From the NCBI GenBank assembly GCA_963720545.1, contig OY970399.1:1856001-1920000 (forward strand): 64,000 nt of DNA. Reading direction: 5' to 3'. Positions 20,000-29,614 of the stretch are shown in pieces. The position numbers were made by a program, and so were the translations under genes. Source of the stretch: an uncultured Acidobacteriota bacterium. Its GTDB lineage: Bacteria; Acidobacteriota; Vicinamibacteria; Fen-336. Numbering within the stretch: position 1 is the stretch's first letter; each line of letters begins with the position of its first letter. The notes beneath the pieces are model-generated. The model was not told where the DNA came from and searched no databases. It saw only the letters and a program-made list of their open reading frames with translations.

Positions 20000-21127
20000 A
20001 TGAAGGTCGAAGTCTTCGAGATGGAGCGCTTCCAGTCGATCTGGGAGAACAAGGTCAAGCACAACCTCTCCGAGAGCGGGGTCCATCCCATGACGCTCGC
20101 CGAGCTGCTCGATCCCGACGAGCAGCAGGCACTGATGCGCCAGCCGCTCGTCTACGTGCAGACGAACGGCACGCCGGCACTGCGCGAGGCGCTCGCGAAC
20201 CTCTATCAAGGCGCCGGCGCCGACAACATCGTGGTGGCGAACGGCACCGCGGAAGCCAACTACATCAGCGTCTGGAGCCTGGTGGAGCCCGGCGACGAAG
20301 TGGTGATGATGGTGCCGAACTACATGCAGATCTGGGGCATCGTCCGCGGCCAGGGCGCCACGGTCGTGGAATGGAAGCTGCGCGAGGAGCGCGGCTGGGC
20401 ACCCGACGTCGACGAGCTGGCGAGCCTCGTCACCCCGAAGACGAAACTGATCGCCGTCTGCAACCCCAACAACCCGACCGGCTCCATCCTCAGCCACGAA
20501 GCGATGAAGGCGATCTGCGGCATCGCGGAGAGGAACGGCTCGTGGGTGATCGCCGACGAGGTGTACCGCGGCGCCGAGCTCGACTCGCGCGAGAGCCGCA
20601 GCTTCTGGGGGCTCTATGACCGCTTGCTGGTGGCGTGCGGGCTCAGCAAGGCCTACGGGCTGCCGGGGCTGCGCATCGGCTGGGTGGCGGGACCGAGTGA
20701 AATGGTCGCGAAGCTGTGGGAGCGCAAGGACTATCTCTCGATCGCGCCGGGGTCCTTGTCCGACTACTTGGCGAGGAAGGCAGTACGCCCCGACGTGCGG
20801 CCGAGGATCCTGGCGCGCACCCGCGGCATCGTCAACGCCAACCTGCCGATCCTCGAGGAATGGATCCGCCGCCATGCGCACGGCTTCAAGCTGACCTCGC
20901 CGCTGGCCGGCGCCATCGCCTATCCGCGCTACACGTGGCCGATCAATTCCACGAAGCTGATGGAGCGGCTGCGCGACGAGCAGAGCGTGCTGGTCGTCCC
21001 CGGCGACCAGTTCGGGATGGACGGCTACTTGCGCATTGGCCTCGGCAACGAGCCGGCCGACCTGCTGGCCGGGCTCGAAAAGATCGACCTGGTGCTCGCT
21101 TCGCTCGGCCAGGCGCCGGCGCAGTGA
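20000..21127 (+). CDS. PLP-dependent aminotransferase class I/II-fold enzyme
   Basis: NLSESG, NPNNPTG, ADEVY, LSKAYGLPGLRIGW. Confidence 0.9.
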   Translation: MKVEVFEMERFQSIWENKVKHNLSESGVHPMTLAELLDPDEQQALMRQPLVYVQTNGTPALREALANLYQGAGADNIVVANGTAEANYISVWSLVEPGDEVVMMVPNYMQIWGIVRGQGATVVEWKLREERGWAPDVDELASLVTPKTKLIAVCNPNNPTGSILSHEAMKAICGIAERNGSWVIADEVYRGAELDSRESRSFWGLYDRLLVACGLSKAYGLPGLRIGWVAGPSEMVAKLWERKDYLSIAPGSLSDYLARKAVRPDVRPRILARTRGIVNANLPILEEWIRRHAHGFKLTSPLAGAIAYPRYTWPINSTKLMERLRDEQSVLVVPGDQFGMDGYLRIGLGNEPADLLAGLEKIDLVLASLGQAPAQ

Positions 21128-22635
21128 ACCGGCGCGCCGCAGCCGCGGTCCTGGTCGCGGCCGCGTGCACCCTCGGCACGGCACCGCCGAGCGCCCCAGG
21201 CGCCGGCGTGGTGTACGACGTGGTGCTTGCCGGCGGCCGGGTGCTCGATCCGGCGTCCGGGCTCGACGCGGTGCGCGATGTCGGCATCGCCGCCGGCCGC
21301 ATCGCCGCGGTCAGCAAGGCGCGGCTGCGCGGCCGCGAGCGCATCGACTGCACCGGGCGCGTGGTGGCGCCTGGTTTCATCGACCTGCACTCGCACGCGC
21401 TCGATGCGGAAGGCAACAAGCGCCAGGCGGCGGACGGCGTCACCACGGCGCTCGAGCTCGAGGAGGGTGTGTTCCCCGTTGCCGAGTGGTATGCGTCGCG
21501 CACGGGCCGGTCGCTTCTCAACTACGGCGCCACGGCCGGCCACATCCCGGCGCGGATCGCGGCGTTCACGGGCGTCACCACCGGCGCCGAGCAGCGGCGC
21601 ATCCGGCTCGACTCCGCGGCGCAGCCGCCCTGGGCGCGCAGCGCCGCCGATGCGCGGACGCTCATGCGACTCGAGCAGATCCTGCAGAACGGCCTCGACG
21701 ACGGCGGCCTGGGAATCGGCGTCGAGATCGCCGAGTCGCCCGGCGCGACCCGCGAGGAGGTGTTTCGAGTCTTCGGCATCGCCGCGCGGCATCACGTGCC
21801 GATGTACGCGCACCTGCGCGGCTTCGGCCTAGCCGAGGAAGGCGGGGCGCTCGAGTCGGTGCAGGAGATGCTGGCCGACGCGGCCGCGACCGGCGCGCCG
21901 CTGCACTTCGTGCACCTTGGCAGCAGTTCGCTGAAGCAGGCGCCGCTGGTCGTGGAAATGCTCGCGGCGGCGCGCGCCCGCGGCATGGACGTGAGCGGCG
22001 AGGTCTACCCCTACACCGCGGCTTCCACCTTCATCCAGGTTTCCATGTTCGACCCCGGCTGGCAGGAGCGGCTCGGCATCGGCTTTGGCGACTTGCAATG
22101 GACTGCCACCGGCGAGCGCCTCACCGAGGAGACGTTCGCGCGGCGCCGCGCCGAGGGCGGTTTCGTGATCATCCACATGATTCCCGAGGCGACCGTCGAG
22201 TTCCTGCTCGCGCAGCCCGACGTCATGGTGGCAAGCGATGCGCTGCCGATCGTCAACGGCCGCGGCCATCCGCGCGCGAGCGGCACCTTCGCCCGCGTCC
22301 TCGGCCGGTACGTGCGCGAGAAGAAGCTGCTCTCGCTCATGGACGCGGTGCGGCGCATGAGCTACCTGCCCGCCGAGCGGGTGCGCGGCGCTGCGCCCCA
22401 GATGGCGCGCAAGGGCCGCATCGCAGCCGGGGCCGACGCCGATATCGTGGTGTTCGACGCCGCGAGCGTCATCGACCGCGCCACCTTCGAGAATCCCGGC
22501 CTGCCATCGGCGGGCATCGACCACGTGTTGGTGAACGGCACGTTCGTGCTGCGCGGCGGCCAGCCGGTCGCCGGCGTCTTTCCCGGGCGCCCGGTTCGTG
22601 GCGTCTCATTGCCGTTGAACAAGGAGAAGCGATGA
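21124..22635 (+). CDS. Secreted amidohydrolase, N-acyl-D-amino-acid deacylase-like
   Basis: APGFIDLHSH, YPYTA, ASDA, HPRASGTFARVLG, ADADIVVFD; signal-like N-terminus. Confidence 0.85.
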   Translation: MNRRAAAAVLVAAACTLGTAPPSAPGAGVVYDVVLAGGRVLDPASGLDAVRDVGIAAGRIAAVSKARLRGRERIDCTGRVVAPGFIDLHSHALDAEGNKRQAADGVTTALELEEGVFPVAEWYASRTGRSLLNYGATAGHIPARIAAFTGVTTGAEQRRIRLDSAAQPPWARSAADARTLMRLEQILQNGLDDGGLGIGVEIAESPGATREEVFRVFGIAARHHVPMYAHLRGFGLAEEGGALESVQEMLADAAATGAPLHFVHLGSSSLKQAPLVVEMLAAARARGMDVSGEVYPYTAASTFIQVSMFDPGWQERLGIGFGDLQWTATGERLTEETFARRRAEGGFVIIHMIPEATVEFLLAQPDVMVASDALPIVNGRGHPRASGTFARVLGRYVREKKLLSLMDAVRRMSYLPAERVRGAAPQMARKGRIAAGADADIVVFDAASVIDRATFENPGLPSAGIDHVLVNGTFVLRGGQPVAGVFPGRPVRGVSLPLNKEKR

Positions 22636-23522
22636 AGCGTGCCTTCGCCGCATTGTTGTTCGTGCTGTTGCCCGCCGCCTCATTCGCACAGCAGTCGGCG
22701 CCGCCTGCCGCACCCGTCATCGGACCGGCGCACGGCACGCTGCTCATCATCGGCGGCGGCAACAACGACATGGAGCTGCGCAAGCGCTTCGTGGCGCTCG
22801 CCGGCGGCCCGGAAGCGAACATCGTCGTGATCCCGACGGCGCAGGAGGGCAACGACCCCAACTACTGGGCCGAGGACCTGCTCGACCTGCAGAACGCCGG
22901 CGCGCGCCACCTGAAGGTGCTGCACACGCGCGACCGCAAGGTGGCGGATTCCGAGGAGTTCACGGCACCGCTGCGCGAGGCGAGCGGCGTCTTCTTCGTC
23001 GGCGGCCGCCAATGGCGGCTGGCCGATGCCTACCTCAACACCCGCGTGCAAAAAGAGCTCGGCTCGGTGCTGGAGCGCGGCGGCATCCTCGCCGGCACCT
23101 CGGCCGGCGCCACCATCATGGGCTCCTACCTGGTGCGCGGCGACACCTCGGGCAACACCGTCATCATCGGCGACCACACCGAGGGCATGGGCTTCCTCAA
23201 GAACGTCGCGATCGACCAGCACCTGCTGAAGCGCAACCGCCAGTTCGACATGGTGCAGGTGATCGAGAAGCATCCGGAACTGCTCGGCATCGGCATCGAC
23301 GAGGACACGGCGATCCTGGTGCGCCGCGATTCCTTCCAGGTGCTCGGCGCCAGCTACGTCGTGATCTACGACTACAACCGCAAGCTCGATTCCGGCGGGC
23401 CTTTCTACTTGCTCACGGCCGGCGACCGCTTCAACCTCAAGACGCGCGAGGCGGAGCGGCCGGAGCCGAAGGGCTCGCCGATCGAGCGGGTCATCAAGGA
23501 ACCTTGGAAGAAGCAGGGGTGA
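22632..23522 (+). CDS. Secreted cyanophycinase-like serine peptidase (S51)
   Basis: LLIIGGG, VVIPTA, GGRQWRL, GTSAGA nucleophile, IDQH, GIGIDEDTA; signal peptide MKRAFAALLFVLLPAASFA. Confidence 0.88.
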   Translation: MKRAFAALLFVLLPAASFAQQSAPPAAPVIGPAHGTLLIIGGGNNDMELRKRFVALAGGPEANIVVIPTAQEGNDPNYWAEDLLDLQNAGARHLKVLHTRDRKVADSEEFTAPLREASGVFFVGGRQWRLADAYLNTRVQKELGSVLERGGILAGTSAGATIMGSYLVRGDTSGNTVIIGDHTEGMGFLKNVAIDQHLLKRNRQFDMVQVIEKHPELLGIGIDEDTAILVRRDSFQVLGASYVVIYDYNRKLDSGGPFYLLTAGDRFNLKTREAERPEPKGSPIERVIKEPWKKQG

Positions 23523-23536
23523 ACGCCGTGAAAACA

Positions 23537-25204
23537 ATGAAGACGAAGAGCCTTGCGCTCCTGTTCGGCGCCGCGCTGTTGTGCGCGGCATCTCCCCAGG
23601 CGCGCGCGCTCGACGACGCCATCGCACCGAAAGTGCGCACCGACATCGACGAGCTGTTCCAGCGCTGGGACACGACCGCACTGCCCGGCTGCACGCTCGG
23701 CATTTCGCAGGACGGCCGCCAGGTGCTGAGCCGCGCCTTCGGCATGGCCGACCTCGAGCACGGCATAGCGAATCGCCCCGACACCATCATCGAGGCGGGC
23801 TCGGTGTCGAAGCAGTTCACCGCGGCCGCGGTGCTGCTGCTGGCGCAGCAGGGCAAGCTCTCGCTCGACGACGCGGTGCGCAAGTACATTCCGGAAGTGC
23901 CCGACTACGGCACGCCCATCACCATCCGGCAGCTGCTCTCGCACACCTCCGGGCTGCGCGACTGGGGCAGTGTCTCCGGCATCGCCGGTTGGCCGCGCAC
24001 CACGCGCACCTATACCCACGCCCACGTGCTCGACATCATCAGCCGGCAGAAGTCGCTCAACTACCCACCGGGCACCGCGTACTCGTACACCAACAGCGGC
24101 TATAACCTGCTCGCGGTGCTGGTGTCGCGGGTGAGCGGCAAGAGCTTCGCCGACTTCACGCGCGAGTCGCTGTTCGAGCCGCTCGGCATGACCCGCACTT
24201 CATGGCGCGACGACTACACGCGCATCGTCCCCGACCGCGCCATCGGCTACACCGTCGACGGCAGCATGGTGTCGCTCAACATGCCGTTCGAGAACGTCCA
24301 CGGCAACGGCGGCCTGCTCACCACGGTGGGCGACCTGCTGCGATGGAACCAGAACGCGGTGAGCGACACGGTCGGCGGCGCGGCGCTCACCGAAACGCAG
24401 CGGCAGAAGAGCCGGCTCAAGGACGGCAGCGAAATCAGCTACGCCTCGGGCATCGTGATCACGCAGTGGCACGGCGTCCCCGAGGTGAGCCACAGCGGCG
24501 GCACCGCGGGCTATCGCGCCTGGCTTGCGCAGTATCCGGCGCAGAAGGTGTCGGTGGCGGTCCTGTGCAATGCCGGCGACGCGCCGGCGTGGACGCTCGG
24601 CCGGCAGGTGGCCGACCTGGTGCTGGGCCTCAACGCCGACCTGCCGCCCGCTGCCGAGGTTTCTGCGGCCGACCTCGAGGCGGTCGCCGGCCTGTACCGC
24701 AACCGCAACACCCACATGGTCGCGACCGTCACGCTCAGCGACGGCGCCCTCCACGTCGACGGCGGCCCGGCCCTCGTGCCGCTGTCACGCGACGCATTTC
24801 GCACGCAGAGCGGCGGCACCCGCTTCGAGGTCGAGCGCAGCGCTGCGGGCGCCATCGCCGGCTTGCGCGCGGTCTCCTCGGGCGAGGGCACCGGCTACGA
24901 ACGCGTGGCGAGGGTCGAGCCGACGGCCGCGCGGCTCGCGGCGTATGTCGGCGAATACACGAGCGACGAGGCCGAGGTGAGCCTGCGCGTTGTCGTCGAA
25001 GGGGGCAAGCTCATGGTGCTGCGCCGTCCCGACACCAAGCTGCCTTTGACCGCAAACTATGACGACGGCTTCGACAGCGACCTCGGCCAGATTCGCTTCC
25101 TGCGCGACGCGCGCGGACGCGTCAACGAGCTGAGCGTCAGCGAGGACCGCGTCTGGGACCTGCGCTTCACGAAGCAGGCGGCGGCAGCGGTGATGAAGAA
25201 GTGA
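23537..25204 (+). CDS. Secreted serine hydrolase, beta-lactamase class C / D-aminopeptidase-like with C-terminal beta domains
   Basis: GSVSKQF (SxxK), LLSHTSG, YSYTNSGY (YxN), HSGG; signal peptide. Confidence 0.88.
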   Translation: MKTKSLALLFGAALLCAASPQARALDDAIAPKVRTDIDELFQRWDTTALPGCTLGISQDGRQVLSRAFGMADLEHGIANRPDTIIEAGSVSKQFTAAAVLLLAQQGKLSLDDAVRKYIPEVPDYGTPITIRQLLSHTSGLRDWGSVSGIAGWPRTTRTYTHAHVLDIISRQKSLNYPPGTAYSYTNSGYNLLAVLVSRVSGKSFADFTRESLFEPLGMTRTSWRDDYTRIVPDRAIGYTVDGSMVSLNMPFENVHGNGGLLTTVGDLLRWNQNAVSDTVGGAALTETQRQKSRLKDGSEISYASGIVITQWHGVPEVSHSGGTAGYRAWLAQYPAQKVSVAVLCNAGDAPAWTLGRQVADLVLGLNADLPPAAEVSAADLEAVAGLYRNRNTHMVATVTLSDGALHVDGGPALVPLSRDAFRTQSGGTRFEVERSAAGAIAGLRAVSSGEGTGYERVARVEPTAARLAAYVGEYTSDEAEVSLRVVVEGGKLMVLRRPDTKLPLTANYDDGFDSDLGQIRFLRDARGRVNELSVSEDRVWDLRFTKQAAAAVMKK

Positions 25205-26781
25205 AGCGCGCTGGCATCTTCGCACTGGCGGCGTTCCTCGGCGCTTTCGGCGCGAGCGCTGCCGTCGCCGACGACCAGTTCGACGTGCTCATCCGCAACG
25301 GGCGCGTCGTCGACGGCACCGGCGCCGCATGGTTCCGCGCCGATGTCGGCATCAAGGCCGGGCGCATCGCCGCGGTTGCGCCGCGGCTTGCGGGCACAGC
25401 GAAGCAAACTTTCGATGCGAAGGACCAGGTGGTGGCGCCGGGCTTCATCGACATCCACACGCACGCTCGCCGCCGCATCTTCGAGCTGCCGACGGCCGAC
25501 AATTACGTCCGCCAGGGAGTGACGACGCTCATCGAGGGACCCGATGGCAGCTCGGCGCTGCCGATAGGCGCCTTCCTCGACAAGGTGGCGGCGCTGCCTC
25601 CCGGCGTCAACTTCGGGACCTTCTTCGGCCAGGGTACGGTGCGCGCGGCCGTCCTCGGCGACGTCGACCGCAGGCCGACGCCCGCCGAAATGGACAAGAT
25701 GCGCGAGCTGGCGCGCACCGCCATGCGCGAAGGCGCCCTCGGCATGAGCAGCGGCCTCTTTTACGTGCCGGGCGCCTTCACCCCCACCGAAGAGGTCACG
25801 GAACTCGCCAAGATCGCCGGCGAATTCGGCGGCATCTACATCTCGCACATGCGCGACGAAGCCAGCAGGATCGTCGACAGCGTCAAGGAAACGATCGCGA
25901 TCGGCGAGAACGGCGGGCTGCCGAGCCAGATCACCCACCACAAGATCATCGGCAAGGCGGGCGCCGATCGCAGCAAGGAGACGCTCGCGCTCGTGGCCGC
26001 GGCCCGCGCACGCGGTGTGGACGTGACGATCGACCAGTACCCGTACACGGCGTCGAGCACCGGCATCTCCTCGGCGCTCTTCCCGCAGTGGGCGATGGAA
26101 GGTACCGACGCCCAGATCCTGGCGCGGTTGAAGGACCCCGCGGCCCGCGCCAGGATACGCGCCACGGTGATCGACAAGATCACGAACGAGCGCGGCGGCG
26201 GCGATCCCGCCAACATCCGCATCGCAGCATCCGCGATCCCCGGCATCGTCGGCAAGGACCTCGCCGCCATCACCAGGGAGCGCGGCAAGGAGCCGAGCGT
26301 CGACAATGCCGCCGACGTGGTGCTCGACATCGTCGCGCACGGCGATGCCTCGGGCATCTTCCACGCGATCCCGGAAGCCGACGTGGTGCGCATCCTGGCC
26401 TCGCCGTTCACCATGATCGGCTCCGACGGCGAGATCCCGGAGTTCGGCAAGGGCGCGCCGCACCCGCGCAGTTACGGCACGTTTGCGCGCGTCCTCGGCA
26501 CCTACGTCCGCGAGCAGCACGTCATCGGCCTCGAGGAGGCGGTGCGCAAGATGACCTCGTTCCCCGCCGCCCGCATGCGCCTCGCCGACCGCGGCATCCT
26601 CCGCCCCGGGATGCGGGCCGACGTCGCCGTCTTCGACCCCGCGACGGTGCGCGACACCGCGACCTTCGAAAAGCCGCACTCCTACGCCGAAGGGTTTTCG
26701 CTGGTCCTTGTCAACGGCGTTGCGGTGCTCGCGGACGGCAAGGTCACAGGGGCTCGCCCGGGAATGGTCCTCCGCCGGTAA
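25201..26781 (+). CDS. Secreted N-acyl-D-amino-acid deacylase (D-aminoacylase family)
   Basis: APGFIDIHTH, QGVTT, SHMRDE, HHK, DQYPY, GSDG, HPRSYGTF; signal peptide. Confidence 0.9.
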   Translation: MKRAGIFALAAFLGAFGASAAVADDQFDVLIRNGRVVDGTGAAWFRADVGIKAGRIAAVAPRLAGTAKQTFDAKDQVVAPGFIDIHTHARRRIFELPTADNYVRQGVTTLIEGPDGSSALPIGAFLDKVAALPPGVNFGTFFGQGTVRAAVLGDVDRRPTPAEMDKMRELARTAMREGALGMSSGLFYVPGAFTPTEEVTELAKIAGEFGGIYISHMRDEASRIVDSVKETIAIGENGGLPSQITHHKIIGKAGADRSKETLALVAAARARGVDVTIDQYPYTASSTGISSALFPQWAMEGTDAQILARLKDPAARARIRATVIDKITNERGGGDPANIRIAASAIPGIVGKDLAAITRERGKEPSVDNAADVVLDIVAHGDASGIFHAIPEADVVRILASPFTMIGSDGEIPEFGKGAPHPRSYGTFARVLGTYVREQHVIGLEEAVRKMTSFPAARMRLADRGILRPGMRADVAVFDPATVRDTATFEKPHSYAEGFSLVLVNGVAVLADGKVTGARPGMVLRR

Positions 26782-26801
26782 GCTCTGGCGGGGGTTTCAC
26801 C

Positions 26802-28502
26802 TTGCCAACGATCCGTTTCGGCGCTGCCACTGCCATTGCAGCCACGCTCGCGATGCCGGCGGCGCTTCTCGCCGCCGCGCAGCCGGTGCGCCAGAAAGAG
26901 TCGATGGTGGTGTCGGCGAACCAGCTTGCCTCGAACGCGGGTGCGTTGATGCTGGCCGCGGGCGGCACGGCCGTGGACGCGGCGGTTGCCACCGCGTTCG
27001 CGCTCGCCGTCACTCACCCGACCGCGGGCAACATCGGCGGCGGTGGTTTCCTCCTCTATCGGCCAGCGAAGGGTGAGCCCGTTGCATACGACTTCCGCGA
27101 AGTCGGGCCGTCGGGCTCGAACCCGACGATGTTCCTGAAGAACGGCAAGTACGACGAGCAGGCGCACCACGAGAGCCATCTCGCGGTCGGCGTGCCGGGC
27201 ACGGTCGCCGGCCTGCACATGGCCTGGAAGGAGCAGGGCCGGCTGCCGTGGAAGGACCTGCTGCAGCCCGCGATCACGCTCGCCCGCGACGGCTTCACCG
27301 TGACCGACGGCCTGGCGCGGTCGCTGAAGTACGTGCTGCCGGAGATGAAGAAGTATCCGGCGTCGGTTGCGCAGTTCTCGAAGGCCGGCGTGCCCTACGA
27401 GATGGGCGAGACGCTGCGCCAGCCCGACCTCGCGAAAACACTCACGCTCATCGCCGCGAAGGGCCCGGCCGGCTTCTACGAGGGTGAGACGGCGCGGCTC
27501 ATCGCGGCGGAGATGGCGGCGCACGGCGGGCTCATCACCACGGCGGACCTCAAGGCGTACCAGGCGAAGAAGCGCGTGCCGGTGCGCGGCACCTACCGCG
27601 GCTACGACATCATCGGCATGCCGCCGATCAGCTCCGGCGGCACGGCGCTCATCGAGATGCTCAACATCCTCGAGGGCCATGATCTCGCCGCGCAGGGCTT
27701 CGGCTCCGCGGCCAACGTCCACGTGATCGTCGAATCGATGCGGCGGGCGTTCGCCGATCGCGCCCGCTACCTGGGCGACCCCGACTTCGACGTCAACAAG
27801 GCGATGCCGATCGACCGTCTGCTGTCCAAGGACTACGCGAAGGGCCGCGGCGCCTCGATCGTCGCGGGCAGGGCTTCGGTGTCGGCGCCGTCGAGCTTCG
27901 CCTGGCCCGGAGAAAGCAACGAGACGACGCACTTCTCGGTGGTGGACAAGGAGCGCAACGCCGTCGCCATGACCTACACGCTCGAGGACAACTACGGCGT
28001 CAAGATCGTGGTGCCCGGCGGCGGCTTCCTCCTCAACAACGAGATGGGCGACTTCAACGCCGGCCCGGGGCTCACCGACAAGGACGGCCTGATCGGCACC
28101 GAGCCCAACCTGGCGCAGCCGCGCAAGCGCATGCTGTCGAGCATGACGCCGACGATCGTCGCCCGCGACGGCAAGCTGGTCATGGCGCTCGGCAGCCCGG
28201 GCGGACGCACCATCATCAACACGGTGTTGTTGTGCGTCCTCAACGTCATCGACTTCGGCATGAACATCCAGGAGGCGATCGACGCGCCGCGCTTCCACCA
28301 CCAGTGGCTGCCCGACCGCATCTCGTACGAGAAGCACGGCCTCTCGCCCGACACGCTCGCGCTGCTGCGCTCGTTCGGCCATGCGCTCAAGGAGAACGAA
28401 GGGCAGGGCGTCGCCGAAGGCATCTTCTACAACGCCAAGGACGACCTGCTCGAAGGCGGGTTCGACCGGCGCACGCTCGACGGCGGCGTCGCGGGGCGGT
28501 AA
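26802..28502 (+). CDS. ggt: Gamma-glutamyltransferase
   Basis: GGTAVDAAVA, GNIGGGGF, DFRE, GVPGTVAG, ETTHFSVVD (autocleavage Thr), LNNEMGDF, RMLSSMTP, GSPGGRTI; start approximate (TTG 26802). Confidence 0.95.
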   Translation: MPTIRFGAATAIAATLAMPAALLAAAQPVRQKESMVVSANQLASNAGALMLAAGGTAVDAAVATAFALAVTHPTAGNIGGGGFLLYRPAKGEPVAYDFREVGPSGSNPTMFLKNGKYDEQAHHESHLAVGVPGTVAGLHMAWKEQGRLPWKDLLQPAITLARDGFTVTDGLARSLKYVLPEMKKYPASVAQFSKAGVPYEMGETLRQPDLAKTLTLIAAKGPAGFYEGETARLIAAEMAAHGGLITTADLKAYQAKKRVPVRGTYRGYDIIGMPPISSGGTALIEMLNILEGHDLAAQGFGSAANVHVIVESMRRAFADRARYLGDPDFDVNKAMPIDRLLSKDYAKGRGASIVAGRASVSAPSSFAWPGESNETTHFSVVDKERNAVAMTYTLEDNYGVKIVVPGGGFLLNNEMGDFNAGPGLTDKDGLIGTEPNLAQPRKRMLSSMTPTIVARDGKLVMALGSPGGRTIINTVLLCVLNVIDFGMNIQEAIDAPRFHHQWLPDRISYEKHGLSPDTLALLRSFGHALKENEGQGVAEGIFYNAKDDLLEGGFDRRTLDGGVAGR

Positions 28503-28523
28503 TCGGGCAGAGTTCGTGCGACC

Positions 28524-29600
28524 ATGCCGGCAATGGCACCGGCGATCGCCGCTTGCGTCGCGCTCCTGCTCGCTGCCGCGCCCGCGTCTGCGTTCACGAT
28601 CGACGTGCCGAGCAAGAAGACGCGGGGCGACACGCGCCGCAACCCGCTGCGCGTCGAGTTCGCGGCCGGCGAGACGACCGCCGTCGTGAGGGGCGAAGTC
28701 CAGGGCGACGGCAGCACCTACTACGCCCTGCACGCGAACGAAGGCCGCCAGCTGAGCGTTGCCCTCACCGCCGACGACCCGTCGCTGGTGCTCGACGTCT
28801 ATGACGACGCCTCGCTGGAGTTGCCGAGCGGCAAGCACCAGACCGCGCAGCAGCCGCGCGACGTCCGCCAGTGGTCGGGAACCCTGGACAAGCCGGCGGA
28901 GTACATCATCCAGGTGCACCTCAGCGGCGAGCGCGCCGGACGCAAGGCGGGCTACTCGCTGCGCATTTCCCTCACCGGCCGCGACGAGCACGCGAAGCTC
29001 GCCGGCGAGGCCCGGACCGTCGCCTACTCGTGCGTCAAGGGCAAAGAGCTGAGCGTGCAGTTCGTGCCGGGCGCGGCGCCGATGGCGAACGTGGCGTTCG
29101 AGGGCAAGACGTTCGCGCTGCCGCTGGTCCCTGGTGCCAGCGGCAGCCAGTACGCGCAGGACACCACCATTTTCTGGGCGAAGGACGACGAGGCGACGTT
29201 CGAGTCGCCGGACTGGAACGGCACATGCCTGGTCAAGGTAGCCGCGGGCAGCGCCGACCTCACGACCAGCGACTGGGACCTCGACGGGCTGTCGCACCAG
29301 CGCAAGACGCTGCCGGTGCCGCACAACGCAAAGGTGAACGCCACGTTCAGGGACGGCACGCTCAGCGGCACGGGAGGCTGCAACCGCTACTCCGCGAGCT
29401 ACACCGTGACCGGCGGCGCCATCGAGATCGGACCGGTGCGCTCGACACGCACGCTGTGCAACGACATCGACTTCGAGACGGCGTTCTTCGAGGCGCTCGG
29501 CAAGGTGGACAAGTTCTCCGTGGGCAAGAGCGGCCTGCTGCTTTCCGGCCCGGAGACGACGCTGCGATTCGTCGCGCGGGCCAGGGCGCAGAAGAAGTAG
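28524..29600 (+). CDS. Secreted multidomain protein: beta-sandwich (PPC-like) + MliC/PliC-like + META domain
   Basis: Signal peptide; YSC...ASGSQY...FWAKDDEA...C (MliC-like); GTGGCNRYSASY...IGPVRSTRTLC...E..FFEAL (META/HslJ-like). Confidence 0.7.
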   Translation: MPAMAPAIAACVALLLAAAPASAFTIDVPSKKTRGDTRRNPLRVEFAAGETTAVVRGEVQGDGSTYYALHANEGRQLSVALTADDPSLVLDVYDDASLELPSGKHQTAQQPRDVRQWSGTLDKPAEYIIQVHLSGERAGRKAGYSLRISLTGRDEHAKLAGEARTVAYSCVKGKELSVQFVPGAAPMANVAFEGKTFALPLVPGASGSQYAQDTTIFWAKDDEATFESPDWNGTCLVKVAAGSADLTTSDWDLDGLSHQRKTLPVPHNAKVNATFRDGTLSGTGGCNRYSASYTVTGGAIEIGPVRSTRTLCNDIDFETAFFEALGKVDKFSVGKSGLLLSGPETTLRFVARARAQKK

Positions 29601-29614
29601 CGCGCCTTGACGCC

